Shown here one piece after another: positions 40,234 to 52,479 of a stretch of 64,000 bases of DNA; position 1 is the first letter of the stretch, and every line of letters starts with the position of its first letter. The notes under the pieces were generated by a model, which saw nothing but the letters and a program-made list of their open reading frames with translations, searched no databases and was not told the DNA's origin. Origin of the DNA: Escherichia coli (GTDB lineage: Bacteria; Pseudomonadota; Gammaproteobacteria; Enterobacterales; Enterobacteriaceae); assembly GCF_003334785.1 (NCBI RefSeq), contig NZ_QOWV01000007.1; one strand, written 5' to 3'. Both the position numbers and the translations under genes were made by a program.

Positions 40234-40289
40234 CCCGAACTGACGGTTAATTCGGGCATTCCCCTCTACCCTTCGGGCTGAGGGGAATG
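40234..40289. terminator. Two adjacent hairpins between convergent yaeH and cdaR
   Basis: CCCGAACTGACGGTTAATTCGGG, then CATTCCCCTC...GAGGGGAATG (10-bp stem); no clear U-run. Confidence 0.4.
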
Positions 40290-40320
40290 AGCCAGCGCCG
40301 CCTCAACCTTAACGCATAAC

Positions 40321-41478
40321 CTACCGCTCTTCATCCAGTTGTAACGCCACATACAGCAGCAACCTGTCATCAAAATTGCCCAAATCAAGCCCGGTCAGTT
40401 CCGATATACGATTAAGCCGATACTCCAGGGTATTACGATGAATAAACAACGCCTTTGACGTTGCCAGCGGTTGCACATTGTGGCGAAACCACGCCGCCAG
40501 CGTTCGTCGCAGCAAGCCGTTATTGTCCATCGTTTTCAGCCGCGCCAGCGGTCGCGCCAGTTCGTTGGCCTGCCAGTCGCCACGCAAACTGTCGAGTAAC
40601 ACAGGTAACATCAGATCCTGATAAAAATAGCAGCGACTTTCTGGCATCCGCTGTTTACCCACCACCATCGTCGTTTTCGCCGTACGATAGGATCGGGCAA
40701 TACTGCCAGGACCGGTAAAATAGTTGCCCAGTGAAACGCGAAAACGCAGCTGGCCGTACTCTTTCATGCGGGTAATCAGTTGTTCAACTCGCTTACGATG
40801 ATCTTCTGCATCCCAGCGCCCAAAAGAGTTCAACGCCGGTTTCAACACCACCATTTCGGTTAGCGAGACAATCGCCACCAGATTATTACGCTCGGGCGTA
40901 GTCAGCGCGTTTTGCAGTTGTTGTAACTCCGCCATTGCGCTGTCCACGCCAAGCTGACCGCTGTCGACCTCAACAATAGCCACCACTCGCGGTTGATTGA
41001 GATCGATCCCCAGCCGTTGCGCCCATTCAGTAAGTGCGGGAGTATTCTCCTCTGCCTGAATCAGGTTCATCACCAGTTCTTCCCGCAAACGGCTATCCTG
41101 CGCCAACAAGTGCATCAACCGCGACTGTTCCAGCATCATTTCAGCCGTCATGCAAACCAGTTCGCCATATTTACGCAGATTCTCTGGTTCACCTGTCAGG
41201 CCAATTACGCCGACAATTTCACCTTCCAGCCGTAACGGTAGATTAATCCCCTGCCGCACACCGTGCAGATGACGTGCTACCGCGTCATCGATATCGACGA
41301 CTCGTCCCTGTGAAAGTACCAGCAATGCACCTTCGTGCAATTCACCAATACGCTCACGATCGCCGCTGCCGATAATTCGCCCACGGGCATCCATTACGTT
41401 GATATTGGTATCGATGATGCGCATGGTACGTGCCACGATATCCTGCGCCATTTTGGTATCAAGATGCCAGCCAGCCAT
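40321..41478 (-). CDS. cdaR: Carbohydrate diacid regulator CdaR (SdaR)
   Basis: 385 aa from MAGWHLDTKMAQ; C-terminal HTH; ORF-track entry extended 6 codons upstream. Confidence 0.9.
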   Translation of the reverse strand: MAGWHLDTKMAQDIVARTMRIIDTNINVMDARGRIIGSGDRERIGELHEGALLVLSQGRVVDIDDAVARHLHGVRQGINLPLRLEGEIVGVIGLTGEPENLRKYGELVCMTAEMMLEQSRLMHLLAQDSRLREELVMNLIQAEENTPALTEWAQRLGIDLNQPRVVAIVEVDSGQLGVDSAMAELQQLQNALTTPERNNLVAIVSLTEMVVLKPALNSFGRWDAEDHRKRVEQLITRMKEYGQLRFRVSLGNYFTGPGSIARSYRTAKTTMVVGKQRMPESRCYFYQDLMLPVLLDSLRGDWQANELARPLARLKTMDNNGLLRRTLAAWFRHNVQPLATSKALFIHRNTLEYRLNRISELTGLDLGNFDDRLLLYVALQLDEER

Positions 41479-41595
41479 AAGTCCTCCGTTATGCACGGCT
41501 TAGCATAAGGAAGTACGTAACGTACGGCATTGTGCAAATGCCTAAAGGATGATGAAGATGTATGGAGTTGTGGTGAAGTTCACAGATTGTAAGGA

Positions 41596-41626
41596 GAACC
41601 CCTTCCCGTTTTCAGGAAGGGGTTGA
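41596..41626 (-). terminator. Probable terminator after degP
   Basis: Minus strand CCCCTTCCTGAAAACGGGAAGGGG hairpin immediately after the degP stop. Confidence 0.45.
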
Positions 41627-41632
41627 GGGAGA

Positions 41633-43057
41633 TTACTGCATTAACAGGTAGATGGTGCTGTCGCCGCGCTGAATGTTGAGTGCCAGCACAGACGGTTTGC
41701 TGTCGAGAACTTTACGCAGTTCAGCGATGTTTTTCACTGCCTGCTGGTTCGCGCCAATAATCACATCACCTTTCTTCAGGCCGATCTGCGCAGCCGGAGT
41801 GCCCGTTTTCACGTTGTTCACTACCACGCCCTGATCTTTGCCTTTGTTGCTCATCTCAGCGCCTTCAATGCCGTTGAAGATGGAGCTGGAATCAACCTGA
41901 TTCTGGCTGCTCTGCTGCAGTTCCAGGTTCACGTTAACCTGCTTACCGTCGCGCAGTAAGCCCAGGGTCAGTTTGCTGCCTACCGGCATAGTACCCACCT
42001 GAGCACGCAGTGCGGCAAAGCTGCTGATCGGCTTACCGTTCAGTGAGGTGATCACATCACCCGCTTTAATGCCCGCTTTTGCAGCGGAGGAATTAGGCAG
42101 AACCTGGCTTACGAAAGCACCGCGCTGGGCGTCAACTTTCATCGCTTTCGCCAGTTCGGAGTTCAGCTCAGTCCCCATAATACCCAGCTCACCGCGTTTC
42201 ACCTGGCCGTATTCCACCATCTGCGAGGTCAGGTTTTTCACCATGTTACTCGGGATAGCAAAACCGATACCGATGTTGCCGCCGTCCGGTGCGAGGATCG
42301 CGGTGTTGATACCGATCAGTTCGCCGTTCAGGTTAACCAGCGCACCACCGGAGTTACCACGGTTGATCGCTGCATCGGTCTGGATGAAGTTTTCGTAGTT
42401 TTCGGCATTCAGGCCGCTACGCCCCAGCGCAGAGACAATCCCGGAAGTTACCGTCTCGCCCAGACCAAACGGGTTACCAATCGCTACGGTGTAATCACCC
42501 ACGCGCAGTGCATCAGAATCCGCCATCTTAATTGCGGTCAGGTTTTTCGGGTTCTGGATTTGGATCAGCGCGATATCAGAGCGCGGATCTTTGCCAACCA
42601 TCTTCGCGTCGAACTTACGGCCATCGCTCAGTTGAACTTTAATGACCGTCGCGTTATCAACAACGTGGTTGTTGGTGACGACATAGCCTTTATCGGCATC
42701 AATGATGACGCCGGAACCCAGCGCCATGAATTTCTGTTGCTGGCCGCCACCATTACCGCCCTGGCCACCCTGGCAGAACGGAGAGCTCTGGAACGGAGAA
42801 CCTTCCTGGCAGAACGGAGAATCATCACCGAAGAACTGCTGGAAATTACGCGGCATACGCGGCGTATTAACGGTTGTGCTACCTTCTACGTTAATGCTGA
42901 CCACTGAAGGCATCACCTTTTCGAGCATCGGTGCAAGGCTTGGCATCTGCTGGGCTGTCGTTGCTGAAGAAGTCTCAGCCGCCGTTGCAGAGAGCGGAGA
43001 TAACGCCAAACCTAAACTCAGAGCCAGTGCACTCAGTGCTAATGTGGTTTTTTTCAT
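41633..43057 (-). CDS. degP: Periplasmic serine endoprotease/chaperone DegP (HtrA)
   Basis: 474-aa ORF with signal peptide, catalytic GNSGGAL, and two PDZ domains. Confidence 0.97.
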   Translation of the reverse strand: MKKTTLALSALALSLGLALSPLSATAAETSSATTAQQMPSLAPMLEKVMPSVVSINVEGSTTVNTPRMPRNFQQFFGDDSPFCQEGSPFQSSPFCQGGQGGNGGGQQQKFMALGSGVIIDADKGYVVTNNHVVDNATVIKVQLSDGRKFDAKMVGKDPRSDIALIQIQNPKNLTAIKMADSDALRVGDYTVAIGNPFGLGETVTSGIVSALGRSGLNAENYENFIQTDAAINRGNSGGALVNLNGELIGINTAILAPDGGNIGIGFAIPSNMVKNLTSQMVEYGQVKRGELGIMGTELNSELAKAMKVDAQRGAFVSQVLPNSSAAKAGIKAGDVITSLNGKPISSFAALRAQVGTMPVGSKLTLGLLRDGKQVNVNLELQQSSQNQVDSSSIFNGIEGAEMSNKGKDQGVVVNNVKTGTPAAQIGLKKGDVIIGANQQAVKNIAELRKVLDSKPSVLALNIQRGDSTIYLLMQ

Positions 43058-43099
43058 GTATTTCAGTCTCGATTAACAGATAACGCAAAATTGCTGTGT

Positions 43100-43132
43100 T
43101 CTTCAGATTCGTTTTATAGCCTGAAGTTCCGA
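43100..43132 (-). promoter_or_regulatory. sigmaE-type promoter of degP
   Basis: Minus strand GGAACTTCAGGCTATAAAACGAATCTGAAG: -35 GGAACTT, 16-nt spacer, -10 TCTGA. Confidence 0.7.
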
Positions 43133-43186
43133 ACTAAAGTTTCTGCAAAAGGTAAAAATTTATTGTTCGTCTTTACAAAAGCCTGG

Positions 43187-44704
43187 TTATTGTTCTACGG
43201 CCATCAGACGTCGGTATTCATCCCACGCATAGAGGTCGGTCATACCGCTGATATAATCCTGCAGCAGGCGGCAACGGTAATAATATTCCCATAGCGGAAA
43301 CTCAGGAGAATCTGACGGTAATTTACTGACAGCCTCGACATAGGCCAGCCGATGGCGCGTCGAGAGTTTGTGGAATAAGCGCGATTCAATAGGGAAACGT
43401 TTCACCCGTTCTTTTTCTACCAGTTCAGTAAAGTCTGATAACGACAGGCTTAATAAAGGACGATAAATCTCTAATAATCCGCTAATGACCCGATAGCCCT
43501 GCAATTCAAGCTGCTCGACATCTGGATGGCTAAACACATGTTTTACAGCGACATTTTTATATAGCTTAAGAAGATCGCTGCATTCGCTGGCATCTTCCAA
43601 TAATGCATGATTAAACGTTCCGGCGAAAATCGCAGGCAGATTATCAATAAATCGTTGTGCCGCGTAGGGTACCAGTTTATTTAGGGTGTTTACCCGTAAA
43701 TACATAAAAAACTGATCTTCCGTACTGCGGCTTAAACTATTTGAGCGTGATTTTTCCCAGGCATTTTCAACCACCAGCGAAAAGAGCGAACCTTTCTCAT
43801 GCTGGCCCCACGCTTCGTGCAAATGATGATAAAGCTGCTCAACGGTAAATATTCTTTTCTCTACCGCATCTTCAAGGTCTGCCACACAATAGGAGATGTC
43901 GTCGGCAGCTTCCATAATCCACGTTAATGGAAAACGACTGTAAAGCGCCAAATTAAGTTCTTTACGCAACCGGGCAATATAGGCTTCTTCAGAAAGATAA
44001 TAACCCGGCTTTTTCATTAAATAGTGATGTGTCTCAGGCGTTTCGCCACGCCACCACGCCGGACGGGTATATTTTAAAATACCGCCAACCTGTGCCCAGG
44101 TGAGATTCATCCGCATCAATGTATGCACCAGGCGAATGCCTTGTGCATTCCCCTCAAAATGACATAAGTCCTGACGAATCTTGCGCCGCAGCTCGTTAAG
44201 CGGTTCTTCCCCGTCCCGTAAACGTAGTGCCGCCACGCTGCAGCGATCGTCAGTCAGAGGCTGGCTTTCGGCATCTTCCGGGTGCAAACGTTGGCGAAAC
44301 CAGTCATTTATCGCCGCTTCGCCAAAATGACCAAACGGCGGATTGCCGATATCGTGCATCAGGCATGACATCTCAACAATGCTTTCAAAGGGACCGGTCA
44401 GTTCATCCAGGCCGTATGCTTCCAGTAATTTAAGCTCTTTCAGACGGCTTAAAATTTCTTTGGCGATGTAGCGCCCCACCTGCTGGACTTCCATCGAGTG
44501 GGTAAGACGCGTGCGCACGGCGGCATTGCGCTCCAGTGGAAAAACCTGGGTCTTTTGTTGCAGACGACGAATTGCCGGAGAGTTGATGATACGCCCGCGA
44601 TCGCTCTCGAAGATCCGCAGGATCTCATGTTCGGTTTTAACGCCCTGCGGTGAACGGTAACGACGATGCCAGTTTATTTTTTTTCGGAAATCAATCTGTG
44701 CCAT
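43187..44704 (-). CDS. dgt: dGTP triphosphohydrolase
   Basis: 505-aa ORF with HD-domain motif [10 protein letters not shown]. Confidence 0.96.
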
Positions 44705-44787
44705 GTCCTCTCCCGCGTGAGAAATACGCTTCCCCGTAAGCGCATGGTAAACTATGCCTTCAAATCGGGCTTATCGCGAGTAAATCT

Positions 44788-45486
44788 ATGAAAATCGGCA
44801 TCATTGGTGCAATGGAAGAAGAAGTTACGCTGCTGCGTGACAAAATCGAAAACCGTCAAACTATCAGTCTCGGCGGTTGCGAAATCTATACCGGCCAACT
44901 GAATGGAACCGAGGTTGCGCTTCTGAAATCGGGCATCGGTAAAGTCGCTGCGGCGCTGGGTGCCACTTTGCTGTTGGAACACTGCAAGCCAGATGTGATT
45001 ATTAACACCGGTTCTGCCGGTGGCCTGGCACCAACGTTGAAAGTGGGCGATATCGTTGTCTCGGACGAAGCACGTTATCACGACGCGGATGTCACGGCAT
45101 TTGGTTATGAATACGGTCAGTTACCAGGCTGTCCGGCAGGCTTTAAAGCTGACGATAAACTGATCGCTGCCGCTGAGGCCTGCATTGCCGAACTGAATCT
45201 TAACGCTGTACGTGGCCTGATTGTTAGCGGCGACGCTTTCATCAACGGTTCTGTTGGTCTGGCGAAAATCCGCCACAACTTCCCACAGGCCATTGCTGTA
45301 GAGATGGAAGCGACGGCAATCGCCCATGTCTGCCACAATTTCAACGTCCCGTTTGTTGTCGTACGCGCCATCTCCGACGTGGCCGATCAACAGTCTCATC
45401 TTAGCTTCGATGAGTTCCTGGCTGTTGCCGCTAAACAGTCCAGCCTGATGGTTGAGTCACTGGTGCAGAAACTTGCACATGGCTAA
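44788..45486 (+). CDS. mtnN: 5'-methylthioadenosine/S-adenosylhomocysteine nucleosidase
   Basis: 232-aa ORF starting [13 protein letters not shown]. Confidence 0.96.
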   Translation: MKIGIIGAMEEEVTLLRDKIENRQTISLGGCEIYTGQLNGTEVALLKSGIGKVAAALGATLLLEHCKPDVIINTGSAGGLAPTLKVGDIVVSDEARYHDADVTAFGYEYGQLPGCPAGFKADDKLIAAAEACIAELNLNAVRGLIVSGDAFINGSVGLAKIRHNFPQAIAVEMEATAIAHVCHNFNVPFVVVRAISDVADQQSHLSFDEFLAVAAKQSSLMVESLVQKLAHG

Positions 45487-46279
45487 GTCACTGTTCAGGG
45501 CGCTGGTCGCCCTGTCTTTTCTTGCGCCACTGTGGCTCAACGCCGCGCCGCGCGTCATCACGCTTTCTCCCGCCAACACTGAACTTGCCTTTGCCGCCGG
45601 GATCACGCCGGTTGGGGTCAGCAGCTATTCCGACTATCCTCCACAAGCGCAAAAGATTGAGCAGGTTTCCACCTGGCAGGGGATGAATCTGGAACGCATT
45701 GTCGCGCTGAAACCCGATCTGGTGATTGCCTGGCGTGGAGGTAATGCCGAGCGGCAGGTTGACCAGCTGGCTTCGCTGGGAATAAAAGTGATGTGGGTCG
45801 ATGCGACAAGCATTGAACAAATTGCCAATGCGTTACGTCAACTGGCCCCCTGGAGTCCGCAACCAGACAAGGCCGAACAAGCCGCGCAATCCCTGCTGGA
45901 TCAGTACGCGCAATTGAAAGCGCAATATGCTGATAAACCTAAAAAACGTGTTTTTCTGCAATTCGGCATTAATCCGCCATTTACCAGTGGAAAAGAGTCG
46001 ATTCAGAACCAGGTACTCGAAGTTTGTGGCGGAGAAAACATCTTTAAAGACAGCCGGGTTCCCTGGCCGCAAGTTAGCCGCGAACAGGTGTTAGCACGCT
46101 CGCCACAGGCGATTGTCATTACAGGCGGACCGGACCAAATTCCTAAAATCAAACAATACTGGGGTGAACAGCTCAAAATTCCCGTTATTCCTCTCACGAG
46201 TGACTGGTTTGAACGTGCAAGCCCACGTATTATCCTCGCTGCACAACAGCTCTGTAATGCGCTTTCACAGGTAGATTAG
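45479..46279 (+). CDS. btuF: Vitamin B12 periplasmic binding protein
   Basis: 266 aa from [23 protein letters not shown] (signal peptide); 8-bp overlap with mtnN; ORF-track entry extended 9 codons upstream. Confidence 0.93.
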   Translation: MAKSLFRALVALSFLAPLWLNAAPRVITLSPANTELAFAAGITPVGVSSYSDYPPQAQKIEQVSTWQGMNLERIVALKPDLVIAWRGGNAERQVDQLASLGIKVMWVDATSIEQIANALRQLAPWSPQPDKAEQAAQSLLDQYAQLKAQYADKPKKRVFLQFGINPPFTSGKESIQNQVLEVCGGENIFKDSRVPWPQVSREQVLARSPQAIVITGGPDQIPKIKQYWGEQLKIPVIPLTSDWFERASPRIILAAQQLCNALSQVD

Positions 46280-46316
46280 CGCCTGACCTTTTCAGGTGCT
46301 CAGTGGGGATTGAACA

Positions 46317-46940
46317 ATGCTCGTCTATTGGCTGGATATAGTCGGCACAGCGGTATTTGCCATCTCCGGCGTTTTGTTAGCCGGAAAATTGCGTATGGAC
46401 CCTTTTGGTGTTCTGGTACTGGGCGTGGTAACCGCAGTAGGCGGCGGGACAATTCGCGACATGGCGCTGGATCACGGCCCGGTATTTTGGGTGAAAGATC
46501 CCACCGATCTGGTCGTTGCAATGGTCACCAGCATGCTGACCATCGTGCTGGTGCGCCAGCCAAGACGCTTACCAAAATGGATGTTGCCGGTGCTGGACGC
46601 CGTTGGTCTGGCGGTGTTTGTCGGCATTGGCGTGAATAAAGCCTTTAATGCGGAAGCCGGTCCGTTAATCGCGGTTTGTATGGGCGTCATTACTGGCGTT
46701 GGCGGCGGGATCATTCGTGATGTTCTGGCCCGCGAAATCCCCATGATTTTACGTACAGAAATCTACGCAACTGCCTGTATTATCGGCGGTATTGTCCACG
46801 CTACGGCTTATTACACATTTTCCGTACCACTGGAAACAGCCAGTATGATGGGCATGGTCGTGACGCTATTGATTCGGCTGGCGGCTATTCGTTGGCATCT
46901 TAAGCTACCGACGTTTGCGCTGGATGAGAATGGGCGTTGA
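46317..46940 (+). CDS. yadS: UPF0126 inner-membrane protein with internal duplication
   Basis: 207-aa hydrophobic ORF with two copies of a GGG[TI]IRD motif (VTAVGGGTIRDM and ITGVGGGIIRDV). Confidence 0.9.
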   Translation: MLVYWLDIVGTAVFAISGVLLAGKLRMDPFGVLVLGVVTAVGGGTIRDMALDHGPVFWVKDPTDLVVAMVTSMLTIVLVRQPRRLPKWMLPVLDAVGLAVFVGIGVNKAFNAEAGPLIAVCMGVITGVGGGIIRDVLAREIPMILRTEIYATACIIGGIVHATAYYTFSVPLETASMMGMVVTLLIRLAAIRWHLKLPTFALDENGR

Positions 46941-46946
46941 AGAGAG

Positions 46947-46975
46947 AAGATGTGCCGGATAGTTTATCCGGCACA
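46947..46975. terminator. Perfect palindrome between convergent yadS and erpA (bidirectional terminator candidate)
   Basis: ATGTGCCGGATA gtt TATCCGGCACAT. Confidence 0.5.
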
Positions 46976-46986
46976 TGAACAACAGA

Positions 46987-47331
46987 TTAGATACTAAAGG
47001 AAGAACCGCAACCGCAGGTGCTTTTCGCGTTCGGGTTGGTCACGATGAAACGAGAACCTTCCAGACCTTCGGTATAATCAACGGAACCGCCGACCAGATA
47101 TTGCAGGCTCATCGGATCAACCACCAGGCCAACGCCCTGTTTTTCGATGGTCATATCGCCTTCGTTCACCTGATCATCAAAGGTGAAACCATACTGGAAG
47201 CCGCTGCAACCGCCACCGGTGATATACACGCGTAATTTCAGATTCGGGTTATCTTCGTCAGCGATCAGGCTTTTAACTTTGTTGGCTGCTGCGTCGGTAA
47301 ACTCCAGCGGCAGTGCTACGTCATCACTCAT
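46987..47331 (-). CDS. erpA: A-type iron-sulfur cluster carrier ErpA
   Basis: 114 aa from [11 protein letters not shown]; C-terminal CGCGSSF motif; ORF-track entry extended 11 codons upstream. Confidence 0.94.
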
Positions 47332-47412
47332 ATTTTGCTCCAAACGACATCGGCAATTGGGCAAATTCTAACCCAATAATAATCGCCATTATCTAATACC
47401 CTGGTATTTCGT

Positions 47413-48852
<1,440 letters not shown>

Positions 48853-49058
48853 TCATACAAATAAGATGACGGCATTTTACTCGCACGTTCCATGAAAATC
48901 CTTTGCAAAGCGTAATGTTTCAAATGCACAAAACTTTTATACTCTAAGAAATCAGGATTGCACCAGTACAAGCAGCCTGATGTTTGACGAGTATTTAACT
49001 TGTTATGAATAACATAGAATAGCAGCCATTCACTTTTTCTACGAATCAGGAACCCTCC

Positions 49059-50339
49059 ATGAGTAAGTCTGAAAATCTTTACAGCGCAGCGCGCGAGCTG
49101 ATCCCTGGCGGTGTGAACTCCCCTGTTCGCGCCTTTACTGGCGTGGGCGGCACTCCACTGTTTATCGAAAAAGCGGACGGCGCTTATCTGTACGATGTTG
49201 ATGGCAAAGCCTATATCGATTATGTCGGTTCCTGGGGGCCGATGGTGCTGGGCCATAACCATCCGGCAATCCGCAATGCCGTGATTGAAGCCGCCGAGCG
49301 TGGTTTAAGCTTTGGTGCACCAACCGAAATGGAAGTGAAAATGGCGCAACTGGTGACCGAACTGGTCCCGACCATGGATATGGTGCGCATGGTGAACTCC
49401 GGCACTGAAGCGACCATGAGCGCCATCCGCCTGGCCCGTGGTTTTACCGGTCGCGACAAAATTATTAAATTTGAAGGGTGTTACCATGGTCACGCTGACT
49501 GCCTGCTGGTGAAAGCCGGTTCTGGCGCACTCACGTTAGGCCAGCCAAACTCGCCGGGCGTTCCGGCAGATTTCGCCAAACATACCTTAACCTGTACTTA
49601 TAATGATCTGGCTTCTGTACGCGCCGCATTTGAGCAATACCCGCAAGAGATTGCCTGTATTATCGTCGAGCCGGTGGCAGGCAATATGAACTGTGTTCCG
49701 CCGCTGCCAGAGTTCCTGCCAGGTCTGCGCGCGCTGTGCGACGAATTTGGCGCGTTGCTGATCATCGATGAAGTGATGACCGGTTTCCGCGTAGCGCTAG
49801 CTGGCGCACAGGATTATTACGGCGTAGTGCCAGATTTAACCTGCCTCGGCAAAATCATCGGCGGTGGAATGCCGGTAGGCGCATTCGGTGGTCGTCGTGA
49901 TGTAATGGATGCGCTGGCCCCGACGGGTCCGGTCTATCAGGCGGGTACGCTTTCCGGTAACCCGATTGCGATGGCAGCGGGTTTCGCCTGTCTGAATGAA
50001 GTCGCGCAGCCGGGCGTTCACGAAACGCTGGATGAGCTGACAACACGTCTGGCAGAAGGTCTGCTGGAAGCGGCAGAAGAAGCCGGAATTCCGCTGGTCG
50101 TTAACCACGTTGGCGGCATGTTCGGTATTTTCTTTACCGACGCCGAGTCCGTGACGTGCTATCAGGATGTGATGGCCTGTGACGTGGAACGCTTTAAGCG
50201 TTTCTTCCATATGATGCTGGGCGAAGGTGTTTACCTGGCACCGTCAGCGTTTGAAGCGGGCTTTATGTCCGTGGCGCACAGCATGGAAGATATCAATAAC
50301 ACCATCGATGCTGCACGTCGGGTGTTTGCGAAGTTGTGA
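49059..50339 (+). CDS. hemL: Glutamate-1-semialdehyde 2,1-aminomutase
   Basis: 426-aa ORF; class III aminotransferase. Confidence 0.97.
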   Translation: MSKSENLYSAARELIPGGVNSPVRAFTGVGGTPLFIEKADGAYLYDVDGKAYIDYVGSWGPMVLGHNHPAIRNAVIEAAERGLSFGAPTEMEVKMAQLVTELVPTMDMVRMVNSGTEATMSAIRLARGFTGRDKIIKFEGCYHGHADCLLVKAGSGALTLGQPNSPGVPADFAKHTLTCTYNDLASVRAAFEQYPQEIACIIVEPVAGNMNCVPPLPEFLPGLRALCDEFGALLIIDEVMTGFRVALAGAQDYYGVVPDLTCLGKIIGGGMPVGAFGGRRDVMDALAPTGPVYQAGTLSGNPIAMAAGFACLNEVAQPGVHETLDELTTRLAEGLLEAAEEAGIPLVVNHVGGMFGIFFTDAESVTCYQDVMACDVERFKRFFHMMLGEGVYLAPSAFEAGFMSVAHSMEDINNTIDAARRVFAKL

Positions 50340-50344
50340 TCCAG

Positions 50345-50480
<136 letters not shown>

Positions 50481-50496
50481 CCGTTATATGGAAAAA

Positions 50497-52479
50497 TTAA
50501 CGGCTCTGCTTTCTCAACAAATAGATAAAATATGGCGCGCCGATAAAGGTTGACAGCAGCCCCGCCGGGATCTGGAATGGAAACAGCACCATCCGCCCAC
50601 ACCAGTCAGCGAACACCAGCAGTAAACCACCCACCAGCGCCGAAATTACGATGTGTGGCATCGTCCGTCGAAAGCCCATCATCCGCGCAATATGCGGTGC
50701 CATTAAACCAACAAAACTCAACGGTCCAATAGTCATCGTCGCGGTCGCCGTCAGGCAAGCCGCTAACAGCAGCAGCGCAATTCGCGTCGGCGTCAGCGCC
50801 ATTCCTACGGCTCGGGCGGTATCACCACCCAGCGGTAAAATGGTCAGCCAGCGGCGGCACAGCGGGGTAATCGCCAGCAAAATCACCATCACAATTCCGG
50901 TGCGCCAGACCTGCGCATCGGTCGCGTTGTAGGTCGAACCGGAAATCCAGGTCAGCACTTGCGCCATTCGCGGGTCACCACTTGCCTGCAACATCATCAA
51001 AAGCATGGTGAACGCGGTGCTTAACGCCATCCCCGCCAGTAACATACGGTGTGGGGAAAATCCACCGCGGCCGGCGGCGATCATAATGATCAACAGCGTC
51101 ACCGCCGCGCCGAGACTGCCTGCAGGTAACAGCCAGCCAAAGGCATTACCCGGCACCAGAAACAGCATCAACACCACGCCAAACGCCGCGCCGGAGCTAA
51201 TCCCCAGCACTTCCGGGCTTGCCATCGGGTTTCCGGTCAGTCGCTGAATAATACAGCCCGCCACCGCCAGCATGACGCCCGCAAACAGCGCCGCCATAAT
51301 TCGCGGCCAGCGCCAGGGCATTAAATCCTCGAGCAACGCCCCGCTCGCCCACGTCCAGCCGTGCGCATCACGACCAAACGACAGCGCCACCACCACAGCC
51401 ATCAACAGCAGCACGCCGCCCGCGAGGGCAAACGCCAGCACATGTTGGCGTTCAGCCGCGACACGATCGTTGACCTTCATATCCGGCGCGCTAATGCTGC
51501 GTAAACGCGGCAACAGCCACAGTAGCAGCGGCGCACCGATCAACGCAGTGACCGAACCGGTGGACACTTCCATCCACACGCGAGTCAGCCAGAGGATGAT
51601 TTGATCGGAAAGCCAGAGGATCAGCGCACCAATCAACGACGCCAGCATCAGTCGTGGCAGCAGACGCCGCGCCCCCAGCATTTTTGCCAGCAGCGGCGCG
51701 AACAACCCGATAAAGCCGATAATCCCCACAGCGTTCACCAGCAGCGCACTGATGACAATCGCCAGCGACAGCGCCGCCAGACGCGCAAGCGACAAGGCCA
51801 GCCCGAGATTGCGCGCCACGCCATCATCAAGCCCCATCAGGGTTAACGGACGAAGTAGCAGCAACGTCAGCATCACACCGCCCAGCAGCTGCGGCCATAA
51901 ACGCTCAACGCCGCCCCAGTCGGTTTGCGTCAGCGTTCCAGTGCTCCACAGAAACATGCTTTGCAGTTGGTCATGATGGAAGATAACCAGTAACTGATTG
52001 ATTGCGCCGCAATAAAGGCTCACTACCAACCCCGCGAGAATCAGCGTTACCGGCGACAGCCGTTTCCCCCACGCGACGCCAAAGACAATTAAGCCAACAA
52101 CACAAGCCCCTGCCAGCGCAGCAAACTGGCTCGCCATCGCACCAGGGATCGCCCAGAGCGTAGTGACGGTAATCCCCAGTTGCGCGCCTGTAGCAACGCC
52201 AAGCGTCGTCGGCTCCGCCAGCGGGTTACGCAGCACTTGCTGAAACAGCACGCCCACCAGCCCCAGACCCGCGCCCACCAGCAGCGAAATCGCCAGACGC
52301 GGCAACAAGCTGTAGTGAAAAATCATCTGCTCGATGACGTCAATATCCGGCGACCAGGCAGCCTGCGCCCACTGGCTACGCGGCAGCGCCTGCGAGAAGT
52401 TCATCCAGGTGAGCGCCGTAGCGACAATCACTAACAGCGCCAGCAATAACGCCGGGAAAAGCGCAATTCGTTTACTCAC
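50497..52479 (-). CDS. fhuB: Ferric hydroxamate ABC transporter permease (duplicated-domain)
   Basis: 660-aa polytopic ORF; 4-bp overlap with fhuD. Confidence 0.96.
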   Translation of the reverse strand: MSKRIALFPALLLALLVIVATALTWMNFSQALPRSQWAQAAWSPDIDVIEQMIFHYSLLPRLAISLLVGAGLGLVGVLFQQVLRNPLAEPTTLGVATGAQLGITVTTLWAIPGAMASQFAALAGACVVGLIVFGVAWGKRLSPVTLILAGLVVSLYCGAINQLLVIFHHDQLQSMFLWSTGTLTQTDWGGVERLWPQLLGGVMLTLLLLRPLTLMGLDDGVARNLGLALSLARLAALSLAIVISALLVNAVGIIGFIGLFAPLLAKMLGARRLLPRLMLASLIGALILWLSDQIILWLTRVWMEVSTGSVTALIGAPLLLWLLPRLRSISAPDMKVNDRVAAERQHVLAFALAGGVLLLMAVVVALSFGRDAHGWTWASGALLEDLMPWRWPRIMAALFAGVMLAVAGCIIQRLTGNPMASPEVLGISSGAAFGVVLMLFLVPGNAFGWLLPAGSLGAAVTLLIIMIAAGRGGFSPHRMLLAGMALSTAFTMLLMMLQASGDPRMAQVLTWISGSTYNATDAQVWRTGIVMVILLAITPLCRRWLTILPLGGDTARAVGMALTPTRIALLLLAACLTATATMTIGPLSFVGLMAPHIARMMGFRRTMPHIVISALVGGLLLVFADWCGRMVLFPFQIPAGLLSTFIGAPYFIYLLRKQSR

